64,000 nt of DNA from Flectonema sp. DT1601. Lineage: Eukaryota. Position 1 is the stretch's first letter. Each line of letters opens with the position of its first letter. This document shows positions 1 through 12,261 of this stretch, piece by piece. Both the position numbers and the translations under genes were made by a program. Location: positions 434,001 through 498,000 of the forward strand of contig OZ025806.1 of assembly GCA_964019425.1 (NCBI GenBank), in the 5' to 3' direction. The notes beneath the pieces are model-generated. The model was not told the origin of the DNA. It searched no databases and saw nothing but the letters and a program-made list of their open reading frames with translations.

Positions 1-399
1 CCGTCACCTCCGTCGTCAAATGGAAGCCCAGTCATGTCTTCACCAGTGAGAAGGAAGAATAGATCATTTTGTGAGGAAGGACAACTCCATGGTTGTGATA
101 ACTGTTTATATTGTATTGCGAACAACAAGACTCTGCCTGTAGTTGAACGAGAACCTCTCTCATTTCGACGTCGGTTTAACTCTGCTCTTCCTGTCATCAT
201 CGCTGACCCAGCTACTCGACCGAAATCAAGTAGATCGAAGTCTCTTTGTACTCCTGTCGTTGCATCTCCATCTCCATCTCCATCTCCATTATCATCAGAT
301 TCATGGAAACCTCATCCGCCAGCCTTCCCACGCAATAAGAATTCTCTGAATGAGGCGATGGTGAGAGTTCAGATGCTGGCTGACGATGATTCGGAGTAA
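1..399 (+). CDS. 3' end of a hypothetical Ser/Pro-rich protein (truncated by window start)
   Basis: Frame is open from base 1 (PSPPSSNGSPVM...) to TAA at 397-399. Coding-like composition is followed by AT-rich UTR-like sequence. Small Cys cluster FCEEGQLHGCDNCLYC. Confidence 0.55.
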   Translation, partial: PSPPSSNGSPVMSSPVRRKNRSFCEEGQLHGCDNCLYCIANNKTLPVVEREPLSFRRRFNSALPVIIADPATRPKSSRSKSLCTPVVASPSPSPSPLSSDSWKPHPPAFPRNKNSLNEAMVRVQMLADDDSE

Positions 400-1634
400 A
401 TATCAAAGTAAACTGTTTCAGTTGTTTCTTTTGATTACTAAAACTCCATTCTTGTTTGTTTCAATTAATTAGTTCAAAAAACAAAAAAAAAAAAGAAAGA
501 TGTTGAGTGCAACTAGAGTTGCTTCTCATTCAATAATAAAAAAGATGAATTCTTGCTTCCCCAATACGTAGATCGTGTGTCATTTTCTGTGTGGAGGAAG
601 TTCCCAACTAAAACGAACAAAAACAAAAAAAACAATAGCAGAAGATGAAGCAGTTCAAAAGTACCCTACTTGTTCTCGCTTGGTGATCCTTCTTTGAAGA
701 AATTAGAGGGCAAGAAATGCTCTCTTATTGAGTAGCGACGTGACGTTGATTGTTGTTTTATATATATATTTTTTTTGTCCCCCCACTTCAAAAAAAAAAA
801 AATAAAAAAAAATAGTAGTCTGTACTTGTTGATATCACTGACGTTGACAATCTGTTGACCTGTTGGTCTTTTTCTTCTTTTCTTAAAGACAAAGTATTAA
901 TGCGTGCTTGTGATGATTGAAATCATATTTTTATTATCTGTTAAACTTATTTATTTATTATTAGTTTCTGGAAATTATTGATTATACACATGCGGTGTAC
1001 ACGATCAAAAAAAAAAAAAAAAAAACGTTTTTATCTTTTTTTTTTTTTTTTTTTTTTTTTTTATATTATGAGACTGTGTCAGCAAAACGAATGAAAAAAA
1101 GAAAATTTGTATTTTGCTTCACCGAATAAAACCAAACAAAACTCAAAGTGATTAATATTATAGTAAGCAACAAGGGGAACGTGGCATCCCATGTGAAGTA
1201 AGAAAGAAAAAAAGAAATTGGGAAAAGCCCTCAGTTTTTTTCGTTTTCAAACCAAGGAAAAGAACAAAGAAAACAAAAGAAAAAAATAAAAGAACAGCTT
1301 CCCTCCTTAAAGTATAGTGTTTACCTAGTCGTTGTATCATATAGCTAATGTTTTATTTTAGTTTACTCTGGTACAATACAGATGTTTATTTCTTCATCTG
1401 TCGTTTTCTTTTTTTCAGTTTCAACTTATTACTTATGTTAGTAATAAAAAGTTTATTACTGTTTCTACATAGTCAAACAATCACCACCCTAAAGTAGCTT
1501 TTTAATTTAAGCCATTTTTCTGTCTGTCTGTCTTTTTTTTTCCCTTTTTTTTTTTCTGTATTGAACAAATTCATAATTTATAAAAGAAAAAAGTTTTTGC
1601 AAACAACGTGGAGGGGGAAGTTCGAACCCAGTCG

Positions 1635-1666
<32 letters not shown>

Positions 1667-2031
1667 CTTATTTTTATATAATTAATTACACGGTTCAAAA
1701 TAAACCCTAGCCGCACAATAAGCTCAAGAAAAAAAAAAAAAAAAAAAACTGACCCTTTTTTTTTAATTATTTTTTTTTTATTATCTCATTTTATGTTTTG
1801 CTTTAAAATACGTCCAGCAAGTTACTTGTCAGGATGTAATAGGAATCTGATTGTACTCTCTCTCCCTCTCTCTCCACCAACTACAGCTTCATCAAATACA
1901 ATAAATACAAGGCTGTTATTCCCGTTGCGATTCGATCACAGACAGTACAAAACCTTTTTTTTTTTTTTTTTTTTTTGTTTCCTTATCATTTCGAATTCAT
2001 GTTTTTTTTTTACGAGTAAAAAAAAAAAAAA

Positions 2032-2040
<9 letters not shown>

Positions 2041-2064
<24 letters not shown>
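2041..2064. repeat. (GA)12 microsatellite following a poly-A tract
   Basis: Read directly; a similar GA run occurs at ~16850-16868. Confidence 0.9.
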
Positions 2065-2440
2065 ATTGTGGAAGACTTCTTTTATCGTTATGGAATAAAG
2101 GCGTGGAGTTGTATTATTTTTATTTTATTTTTATTTGTTGTACATCAGCTTTATGTTGTTTTGAAAAAAACCTTAAATCGCCCACCAACTACACACAAGA
2201 GACACTCCTATTAGCTTGGGGGAGGGTTAAGCATAAAGCAACTTGAAGCGTGTAGTACGCTAAACCTCAACGAGTGTTTCAAATTTCCCTTTTATCTAAA
2301 TAATAAAAAAAAAAAAAAAAAAGTCCAGTGGAAACTTATTTGTTAGGATGAGTATTCGTAGTTTTTCCTGTCTTAAATGGGGCGAATTCGTTGTGTTGTT
2401 TCGTGGCTAACATGGTGAGTTGATTATTTTTGTAAAAAAA

Positions 2441-2471
<31 letters not shown>

Positions 2472-3524
2472 CGGCGATGCAATGTAATCCTCCTGATCAC
2501 TTAATTGTTTGACTGGATTATGGTTCAGTACCTCACTTGCAAATCCAACACTCTTTTGTTCTTCTTCTCTCTTTTTTTTTTTCTTCCCCTCTCTGTATTT
2601 TACCGAATGTAGTTTCTCCTAGCTTGGAGCCTTTGCAACACGCTGCTCTCGGGAGTATAAAATTATTATTATTATTATTATTTTCCCCCCTGTTCCTTTA
2701 AAGCTGATCTGCTATTTGAAAACTTTTCTTGAGCTCTTTTTTGGAATCCGACAAGGAGGGAATGTTGGGAGGGTGTTCTTTAGTTTTTTTTATTATTTTT
2801 TTGTTTATGTTTTCGTATGTCGCGATCGTCTTCTGTGCGTTTTCCAGGTTTCAGGATGAGGCATGTCTCATCCTTTCAAAAAAAAAAAAAAAAAAAGAAG
2901 AATTTTTTTTTTTTTTTTTTTTTTTTTTTGTGATGAAGACAAAGACAACGAGGATTTGATTCTGTTTTTCTTATATGTTTCCTCGCGAAAGAAAATTATT
3001 ATTTTTTTACATAATCCTTTTTTGACGCTTTTTTTTTTTTTTTTTTGATCTTTTCATTTACCTTATTTTCTTAAATACATTTATTTTTACAATAAACTCA
3101 TACACCGACTTGTTATTTTATCCCTTTTCTTGAAAAGGGCAAAACGCGAAGCAGTAGGACTGGTTGAGGGTCAGTTACCCGAAACCATTATTTTGTTTGA
3201 AGTCCTTATAATTTATTGATTTTTGATTATTCGTTTATTTGTGAAAACTAGGTATTTCCCTTCTTTACGATTCTAAAACGTTATCTTTTCTTTGATTAAC
3301 AATTATGAAATATTTTTTTTTCAGTCAAAAGTTTTCACACCCTTCTTCCTCTTCCTCCGCTGTTTTATTCGTCATCTGCTCATGGAAGCCTACCAATGGT
3401 GTACGATATTTAATAATGGCTTTATGTATCAGTTTTATGATTTTTTTTCGTTGGGTTTTTCTTTTTCTTTTTTTTTTTTTTTTTTTTTTATTTCTGTTTT
3501 CATCAGATACAAAAAAGTATTCAG

Positions 3525-3555
<31 letters not shown>

Positions 3556-4080
3556 AATGAGAAAACGAACCAATTGTTCATCCCGAATTTCCAGATTCGA
3601 CAACGTCTTCTGGTCAAAATAGAATATATTTTCCCTTTTGTAAACCTTTTTCTTCCCATCAAATTACCCCACGAGAGATTGTTGTTCCTCAGAGCTTGAT
3701 AATACAGTATACCTGATGATGTCATACGATTACAGTTTTCATTTTGTGAAATCAAAATAATCATCCTCCAGATTTTAATTCAAAAAAGTTTTAATAGCAT
3801 AGTTCATCACTCATAGTCAATATATGGTATTCATGACAGGACTATTGTCTTTAGCAAAAAAAAAAGTTTTTTTTTGTATTGACGTAGGCGAAGATGAAAC
3901 TGTTCAGATTGAAAAAGCGATGTTTTCTTGTACGGTTCCCCCAGACAAGATTTCTGTCTGCGTTTCAACGAAATAAGGCGAGTTTTTATGTTTCTTTTCA
4001 AATTTGTGCTTTTTATTGACGTCTGTGACTTTTATTGTACGAAAAAATAAAGATTAATTTTTGGGGGAAGTGATGCATCG

Positions 4081-4450
4081 CACTCCCACAAACAATGACA
4101 ACCAACCACACAGTTCAATTGTGTATTATTCAGACTTGTATTATCTAAGCTGCGTTATTCTTTCTATGTCCCGAATCGAGTTGGTTATCAGTGTTTTCTC
4201 ACTCCCACACACAATGATAATGGCACAGAGTAGCTGTGTGTTTAATAATCTATATTTAGCATGCTTTGATCTCCTCTGTTTGCTGTGAGCTGTCGAACTT
4301 GAATTGATTGTTCCCCCTGGCGATTGATCTTAATTACTGACATCCTTTTATCACAGTTATCGATACGAATTTTTCTCACTCCCACAAGCAATGATAATGA
4401 CCCAGTGTAGCTGTGTGTTCAATCTGTATTTAGCATTGCTGGATTAGTCT
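4081..4450. repeat. Three degenerate direct repeats of a ~70-bp motif
   Basis: CACTCCCACAnnCAATGAyAA...TGTGT starts at 4081, 4200 and 4377. Copies 2 and 3 are clearly alignable over ~65 nt. Confidence 0.7.
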
Positions 4451-4926
4451 TTCTATGTTCGTTTTCTTTTAAAAACTAATTCTTAAAAATGATATTTTCT
4501 CATTTCGAAGGAATATGTCAGTTGATTTGTTTATTTTTTTTTTTTTTAAATTTCTGTTCAAAAATTTATAAATAATTGAGTGACTTACTCGAAAACGGGG
4601 AGCAGCCAACATCATGAACCTCCCATAGCTGTGTTGATTCCCTTTTTTGGTTGAGGATACTTCAGGGAACTGTTTCTTTTTCGTGTTAGCGATTCCCTTC
4701 TTTTTTCAAACTGGTAGTACACAAACATGTTTCGCGATTTTGTGAAAACCGTGTCTCCTCCTATTCTTTTTTAATTTTTTTTTTGTTTTGTTTTGTTCTG
4801 ATTATCGATTCGTTTGCACTTGCGTCTCGCTCTCGCTGAGCTGTGTTTTCTTATTTTTGAGTTTGTAAGAAAATAATTTTTTTTTTTTTCTTCTTTAGAG
4901 TGAGTGGAGGGGGAAAAAAAAAAAAA

Positions 4927-5958
4927 ATGACAGGAGGTGCTTTGGTATTTCCACCACCATCTGCTGAGAAGGACACGTACACAGAACAACGCAAACTATA
5001 TCCTCTAAATTTTTTAAAATTCAGAGCCAGGTTAGAAAGCAGCAGCGGTACAGACATTCACAGGGAGTTCAGTGGAGCATACTTTCCCCGGTATCGATCA
5101 TTTTACATAAATGAAATAAAAGACACCCAGAGATTAGGTACTCCGGGTATAAAACTGATTCCGATAGTAGAGGAAGACGTCCATCTAAAATCTGATGGAG
5201 ACTACTACTACACTTCTGATTTTGAATCTTCTAAAAAGGTAACCTTTCAACATAAAGGAGTGAATAGAATATTTATTATTACAGATGTTGATTGTTCTCA
5301 GTTGTCATATAAAACTGAAGCAAATCTTGACGAACCCACATCAAAACCGTCTGAAGTAGAAGCAGCGTTATTAAAAGTAAGAGAAAAGGTTCGATCAAGA
5401 GGAGGAGAAGGGAAACTGACAATAAAACGAATTGGACGTCATTTTTCTGTTGTGGACGACTCTGGCAATAGAACACTTGAGAAGGAGGAATTCTTTAAAG
5501 CAATCACAGAATACAACATCGGTCTCACTGATCACGAAGCAGCTCTGTTACTCGTTTACTTTGATAAAAATAATGATGGAAATATCTCTTTTGATGAATT
5601 TGTTGAGGCTATAAGAGGACCGATGTCTGAATGTAGAAAAATTTGCATCGCTGCTGCATTCAAGAAAATTGATTACAATAAAGATGGTGTGCTCACTATA
5701 GACGATCTGCGTCAATTCTATTGTGTCAAATACCATCCCCGCGTTCTGAACGGTGAAATCAGTGAGGACGATGCTCTTCATTCTTTCTTAAATAAATTTG
5801 ATAGTTTTAATCAAGATGGACTTGTTACGTTTTCAGAGTTCTCGGATTACTACAACGGAGTCAGTGCCAGCATCGATGATGATGAACATTTTATATTTAT
5901 GATGGAGAGGGCATGGAACCTTGACAGTCGGAATGACACGAAAGCACCCTTTAGGTAA
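4927..5958 (+). CDS. Calcyphosin-like (CAPS/CAPSL family) EF-hand Ca2+-binding protein with N-terminal extension
   Basis: Four EF-hand-like loops (DDSGNRTLEKEE, DKNNDGNISFDE, DYNKDGVLTIDD, DSFNQDGLVTFSE), HPRVLNGE, and the calcyphosin-type tail YYNGVSASIDDDEHFIFMMERAWNL. First ATG at 4927, after a polypyrimidine-AG at 4897-4898. Confidence 0.88.
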   Translation: MTGGALVFPPPSAEKDTYTEQRKLYPLNFLKFRARLESSSGTDIHREFSGAYFPRYRSFYINEIKDTQRLGTPGIKLIPIVEEDVHLKSDGDYYYTSDFESSKKVTFQHKGVNRIFIITDVDCSQLSYKTEANLDEPTSKPSEVEAALLKVREKVRSRGGEGKLTIKRIGRHFSVVDDSGNRTLEKEEFFKAITEYNIGLTDHEAALLLVYFDKNNDGNISFDEFVEAIRGPMSECRKICIAAAFKKIDYNKDGVLTIDDLRQFYCVKYHPRVLNGEISEDDALHSFLNKFDSFNQDGLVTFSEFSDYYNGVSASIDDDEHFIFMMERAWNLDSRNDTKAPFR

Positions 5959-6019
5959 ATCTAATTAGGTGAATTCTACCATTGAAACTACGTGTAATGA
6001 CAGCAATCATGATCAAACG

Positions 6020-6050
<31 letters not shown>

Positions 6051-6509
6051 CGAATGGATTTCTGTTTGTACACAAAAAACCGTTTCCTTTTAAAATTTTT
6101 TTTTCAATTTATTACAACAATTGGGAGGAAACAAAAAAAAAAAGCTTGAACGATCGTTCTATGGTAGTCACCGCCTTTATTTATTTTATAAAAAAAAAAA
6201 AACCATTCAGATAAGCCTTATATTTTGTTGATCGCAGCTAGTTTTACTGGCGCACAGGGAAATAGATAACATGACATAATAAATAACGGCTCTTAATCTG
6301 AATAGTTTCTTCTCCGACTTCGTCGGTGCAAAAAAAAAAAAAAAAGACACATTTATTTTTTCTTACTATGTTTCCCCCCTGCAATCGGGGTGCTTTCTTG
6401 TATATAACTCATTGCGAAGAAAAATGTTTGTTCTATTCGTTATTATGTCAAATTAAAAAAAAAAAAAAAAAACTAACAAACAGAAATTAAAAACAACAAC
6501 AAAACAACA

Positions 6510-7325
6510 ATGAAAGTTGAGGGGAAACTTTGTATTGTGACTGGAGGGTCTAACGGTATCGGGGCATCGATAGTTGAAGTCTTGGCTGAGAGGGGAGCCA
6601 GTGCTGTTATTGTAGCAGACTTAGATGTCCAGGCAGGGGAAGAAACTGCTCGCAAAGTATCTGAAAAACATTCATCATGTAAAGTAGAGTTTCAAAGGTG
6701 TGATTGTAGTGATGAGGGTTCGATAAGAAAAGTTGTGATGGGAGCGAAGTTAAAGTTCCGTAGACACGTCGATCTTTTTGTCGCCAATGCCGGCATCGGA
6801 GGAATGATGGGAGGAGTAGACACCACAGACAATGAACTGAACACAATGTTTCAGGTAAACACAATGCAAATCATCTGGGCCGCCAGACACGTCCTTCCTG
6901 ACATGCTCAAGGCTGGGGAGGGAGGTATCATTGTGACCGCATCAGCAGCTGGTCTTCTCGCTCAAATTGGAAGCATTTCATACAGCATAACAAAACACGC
7001 TGCTGTAGCTGCAGCAGAGTGGTTAGCAATCACACATGGTTCACAGGGTATATCAGTTTCATGTCTCTGTCCACAAGCAGTTAAAACAAATATGACTGCT
7101 GGTCTCCCAGGTGGTGGTGTTGCTGGAGTTGACGGAATGCTCCTCCCATATCCGGTCGCAAAGGAGACGATCGATGCTTTTGAAGCTGGAAAGTTCCTCG
7201 TAACTCCTCACAAGACTGTTCTAAAATATGTGAAGGCAAAAGCTCTGGCGCATGACCGCTGGCTATCTGGAATGGGAAAGCTACACGATCGCACCTCTGG
7301 GGGAATCCATGCTCCAAAATTATAA
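6510..7325 (+). CDS. Classical short-chain dehydrogenase/reductase (SDR), C-terminal PTS1-like -PKL
   Basis: TGGSNGIG Rossmann motif, NAG, catalytic S...YSITK; 271 aa, intronless. Confidence 0.93.
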   Translation: MKVEGKLCIVTGGSNGIGASIVEVLAERGASAVIVADLDVQAGEETARKVSEKHSSCKVEFQRCDCSDEGSIRKVVMGAKLKFRRHVDLFVANAGIGGMMGGVDTTDNELNTMFQVNTMQIIWAARHVLPDMLKAGEGGIIVTASAAGLLAQIGSISYSITKHAAVAAAEWLAITHGSQGISVSCLCPQAVKTNMTAGLPGGGVAGVDGMLLPYPVAKETIDAFEAGKFLVTPHKTVLKYVKAKALAHDRWLSGMGKLHDRTSGGIHAPKL

Positions 7326-7933
7326 GGTCAACCAATAAGGAACAATAGTGACCATGACGTGACTTCTTATCGTCAACCTCAACAAAAACTATATTTGGTT
7401 TACTCAACACAGCAGCTTTCAGTTTCACGGAGTTGAGTCTTTAGTGAGATTTATAGCCAGCGTCAATCCTTGTTTGTGTAATTGAAGTTGTGCAAAACAA
7501 AAAAAAAAAAAAAAAAGAGGGGAAAAAAAAATTAGAATTGTTGTTCAGGAAGCAGAGCGAAAATTACTTTACACAGGGCCTTTAAAGGGCCTGACTTTAA
7601 AAAAAAATAATGTTTTCATTCTGTTGTGGGGGTTGTGGTCTCGGACTTGAAATTGTCAGTGGGGAAAGAAGATCTTGTTTGAGCTTATATTCCTTTTTTT
7701 TTTTTTTACTAACCAACCACAATTGGTAAAAAAAAAACTACTCATGGCATCCCCTGAGGGCTGTGAAATTATCGTTTTCGTTGTTATAATCCAATATTCG
7801 ATTGTTCTTAACAAATCATCTACGAGTGGAATTAGACAGAATGCTTTGTTTTCTTCTGTTATTGTATTCGTGGGGGGTTTTTTGGTTGTTTTTATTTAGT
7901 TGTTCTGATATTTTATTTTTCTACCAGCTATAA

Positions 7934-8491
<558 letters not shown>

Positions 8492-8643
8492 ATGTTCAAA
8501 CACGGAAAAAAAAAAAAATAATGAAAGAAAAAAAAAAAAAAAAAAAAAAAAAAAAACAGTTTTTACTCAAACCCCCTTTAAATACTTTAAAAACATAACA
8601 ACAATAGAAATTAAACTTGGTTTTCTTTTTTTTTTTTTTAGAG

Positions 8644-8677
<34 letters not shown>

Positions 8678-8965
8678 GAAGAGAAGCCCTATGAAACAGC
8701 TAGGGGGGAAAGTCCAGTTTAATTTTTTTCCCTGTTCAAACCCAATACTGTTTATTTCCCCTTTTCACTTTCCCTTCTTATAAAACAATAATTTAAAGTA
8801 ATGTGACGATTATTTGGCAGCTTCTATTTCATTGAATGGGTTTAGTTTTTTTTTTCCTTTCCAATTTTATTTATTTATTTTTTTTTTCGATGATACGCAC
8901 AGTACAAGTTAGGATTCCGAACAGCCACCGTCATGTAATTTAGTCTTGTTTTTGAGAAAGGGATC

Positions 8966-8998
<33 letters not shown>

Positions 8999-9296
8999 GG
9001 TTTGGTGGTTTTTAAAAAACCAATTTTTTTTTTTTTTTTTTTTTTTAAAAAATTTATATCTAAAACCTTCTTCGTTCTCCAGTTTTATAACATCTCATCG
9101 ATGGTTGAGTTCCTTCAAAGCGGGCGCTGAGTTAATTTCAACAGAATTAACAGACAGTTTACTATTTAAATGAAAAAAAAAAAACAGTAAATGTGTGTTG
9201 TTTTTCCATTGAGCTTCCGCGGGATTGTTATATTGAGGCTAAGGTTCATTCGAGGTGATATTATTTTATTATTTCCATTCTTCAGTAGTTGATGAG

Positions 9297-10634
9297 ATGC
9301 CGCAGTCGGCTTCTGATTATTTCCGTTTGATGGACAAGAACCAAGACGGCGTGATTAGCGTGGGTGAACTACAGAGCGCTCTTCGTGAGGCTAGGCTTCC
9401 AACCCGTTCAGCAAACGTGGCAGAAACATTTAAAATAATGGACGCAAACAGTGACGGGACCGTATCAGAACCTGAATTTGAGAAATATTTTAATATGAGA
9501 AAGAATGCTTTGAAAGCAGCTTTTGACTCGATTTGTGAAGGTGGCGATCACTTCACTGCTCCTTTACTAAGACGGGCTGCACGCGCATCTGAACTGAATT
9601 TATCGGATGATGACGTGAGAAGTATTATTTCACGATTCGACAAAGACAATAATCACAAAGTCACTTTCGATGAGTTCATTGATGGGATGCTTCTCGCTCC
9701 AGACATCAATCCGAAAGCTTTTTTCGATCAGTGGTTCATAGACAGTTTCTGCGACGATGCTCAATCTGAATTCACAATCCCGAGAGAAATTCGACCACAA
9801 CCAGAAATTTCCTTCACAAGTATGATAATAAAGAAATTAGCATGTGGGGGTGTCGCTGGATGTCTGAGCAGAACACTAACTGCCCCCATCGACAGAGTTC
9901 GATTGTTAATGATGATAAATAAGACTCCAATGACTATAAATACAGCAATCTCAACAGCGGTAAACCACCCAAAGGGAATGCGAGCACTGTGGATTGGTAA
10001 TAGTGTAAACTGTTTTAAAATAACTCCCGAAATGGCTATAAAACTAGTAACGTTCGACTTACTCAGAAAAACCATCGCTAAAGACAGCGACAATGTCACA
10101 ACGTATGAAAGGTTCATCGCTGGAGGAACTGCAGGAGCTCTTTCACAATTCTCTATCTATCCAATGGAAGTGTTAAGAACTCGTTTAGCAACTTCAGCTG
10201 CTGGGACGTATTCATCTCCTGTTGATTGTCTTCGTCAGGTGTACAAATCTGGTGGTGTTCGAGCGCTTTATGCGGGTCTTGCTCCGAGTATTGCGGGTAT
10301 CATTCCTTATGCGGCTATTGATCTTTCGCTGAATTCTATTCTAAAAGAGAAATCAGCTGCTTATCTCTCAAGTCAAGGACGTGAAGTGTCAGTTCCGATG
10401 TTGTTGGGATGCGGAATGTGTTCCTCAGCAGTCGCAACAGTTGTAACGTTTCCTCTCAACGTCATTCGGACTCAAGCGCAGGCATCTGGTGGTAGAGTCG
10501 CAGTAGTACTAGAGGGAATGAAGAGAGAAGGGTTCCGTGGGTTCTATCGCGGCTTAGTCCCCTGTTTAGCAAAAGTACTCCCGGCTACGTCTATCTCATA
10601 CGCTGCTTACGAGTGGTTAGGTAAGAGATGGTAG
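9297..10634 (+). CDS. Ca2+-binding mitochondrial carrier (SCaMC / ATP-Mg/Pi carrier, SLC25A23/24/25-like)
   Basis: N-terminal EF hands (DKNQDGVISVGE, DANSDGTVSEPE, DKDNNHKVTFDE), then three carrier repeats with Px[DE]xx[KR]-type motifs (PIDRVR, PMEVLR, PLNVIR) and SRTLTAP. ATG at 9297. Confidence 0.92.
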   Translation: MPQSASDYFRLMDKNQDGVISVGELQSALREARLPTRSANVAETFKIMDANSDGTVSEPEFEKYFNMRKNALKAAFDSICEGGDHFTAPLLRRAARASELNLSDDDVRSIISRFDKDNNHKVTFDEFIDGMLLAPDINPKAFFDQWFIDSFCDDAQSEFTIPREIRPQPEISFTSMIIKKLACGGVAGCLSRTLTAPIDRVRLLMMINKTPMTINTAISTAVNHPKGMRALWIGNSVNCFKITPEMAIKLVTFDLLRKTIAKDSDNVTTYERFIAGGTAGALSQFSIYPMEVLRTRLATSAAGTYSSPVDCLRQVYKSGGVRALYAGLAPSIAGIIPYAAIDLSLNSILKEKSAAYLSSQGREVSVPMLLGCGMCSSAVATVVTFPLNVIRTQAQASGGRVAVVLEGMKREGFRGFYRGLVPCLAKVLPATSISYAAYEWLGKRW

Positions 10635-11331
10635 ATCCTCTTCTTGAAGTTATTAATTTCGATTATTCAATACCTCAAAATAATTACTAATCACCTTTGA
10701 GGAGCGACCAGTCGGTTCTCCTTACGAACTTGTCGCGCTGATAATTTTATTAGGAGGCAGCAGAATGAATTTTTTGCTCTGAAGAAGAAGGTGGACTTTT
10801 TCCTTCTCCTGACCTGAAATCCCTGATGAAGAAACCTTCTGAAAACGAGCTACCTTTTGGCAAGTTTCAAGAATTATTTTCCAAAAACGGGTTAAGAAGC
10901 ACTTTTTATTCGAAGAGCTGTAAATTCAACTCAAAGGCGCCGAAAGAAAAAAAGAAAAAAAAGTAGTTTACTTTACCTTTTCTGTCATTCTGTTACGCAA
11001 CTTCTTTTTGGAGAGATGAGAAAAAGAGTTTCTTTCTTGAATCTAAATTTTATTTAGTTGTCTCTCTCTCTCTCTCTCTGTTCAGTAAACTTTCAATCGC
11101 AGCTGTTGCTGGTTTGGTGTTTTTTTTTTCTTCTTGTTATTTTTATTTATATATTTTTTTTAAAAATACTGTTTTCTGTTATGTTAGAAATTATTACAAA
11201 TTTTTATAACATGATTTCGATCATTTACGTTAAAAAACATGATGTAATTCACTTGGTGGTATTTTTTCACATCGTATTTTAAAGTAATATCTCCCAACAT
11301 AAACAGGGAAAAGGTGACGAACAGTCACTCT

Positions 11332-12047
11332 ATGACCAGCCAAGACCCGACTGGTGAGTTTATCAGAGTTCGTCTAGAAGGAGAAACACTCTCGGATTAC
11401 CAACTTTCTGATGTTGCAACTACTAAAGGAGTAAAAAATTATTTAAGTTGTGAATTATCTACAAGGGTTCCTGTTCCATTATGTAAGTACTACGAGAGAC
11501 AAGGTGAATGCATTCACAACTTAGAATGTATTGGAGCTCATGTACTGAATAAAGAATCCTCCATATACGTATCCGGCAGCTACGATCACGTTCCGTACTT
11601 GGAATGTTTTGATAACGTTTTAGTAATTAGAAACGTTACTTGTGGTAGAATGGTCTTCCAAAAAAGATGGGAACGAGAAGAAGGATATATGTCTTCATCT
11701 CTAATAGCCACGGAATCTGAAAACGGAAAACCTGGAGACGTTTTCGGTCTTGTTGAATTTCTCAATCCCAGTTCTGCTTTACAATCTCTGTATCGCTGTA
11801 ATGGTCAAGATAATAACATCTCCTTTTGGGGAACTAATGATTTATTCCTCGACGCGTTAACACAACTTGAACTTAGTCTCGAAGCTGATCCGTCCCTCTC
11901 AAACAATACTTACGCAGAACAGATTCGTTATACGACGTGTGTTTCTTTTGTTTTTGTTTTTAGTTTTGCGCCGAACAATCCATTGTTACAAAAAAACAAC
12001 TCAGATATGGTCAAAAGAAACAAGCAATGAGAAGAGCAAAGCACTAG
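11332..12047 (+). CDS. CCCH zinc-finger protein with degenerate RRM-like region; join(11332..11936,12005..12047), 5' end uncertain
   Basis: CKYYERQGECIHNLECIGAH fits C-x8-C-x5-C-x3-H. DVFGLVEFLNPSSALQSL resembles RNP1 plus helix. GTGTGT...AAAAAACAACTCAG intron (11937-12004) gives the tail TYGQKKQAMRRAKH*. An A/C-rich AG at 11306 hints at an upstream exon. Confidence 0.65.
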
Positions 12048-12261
12048 TCGGGAACGAGATTGATGATTACACCTGCAGGGGATAACCGGCCCCAGATGAA
12101 AATAGTATTTACTGATTAGTTTTATATACTTTTTTATTAGTTCTGTCTGTGGTATTTGTCGTTTTCTCTTTTCTTTTGTCCGATTTGTTATTTTATTCCT
12201 TTAAACAGGTGGTGGAATCCAGGGGAGATCTCCTCTCCTGCATCAGGCCGTGCCGTTAACA

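Noticed and set aside
1605..1635. tRNA-like B-box GTTCGAACCC
   Set aside because: No cloverleaf, acceptor stem or A-box in the flanks.
2199..2280. Possible structured RNA closed by GAGACACTC/GAGTGTTTC
   Set aside because: Short stems of this size arise by chance; no family motif or second copy in the window.
1158..4288. Short Phe/Lys-rich ORFs in the track
   Set aside because: Products of poly-T/poly-A tracts in intergenic DNA, not protein-like.
12055..12120. Solitary C/D snoRNA candidate (TGATGA 12061 ... CTGA 12112)
   Set aside because: Only ~55 nt between the boxes, no clear D'/C', and no convincing long rRNA complement.
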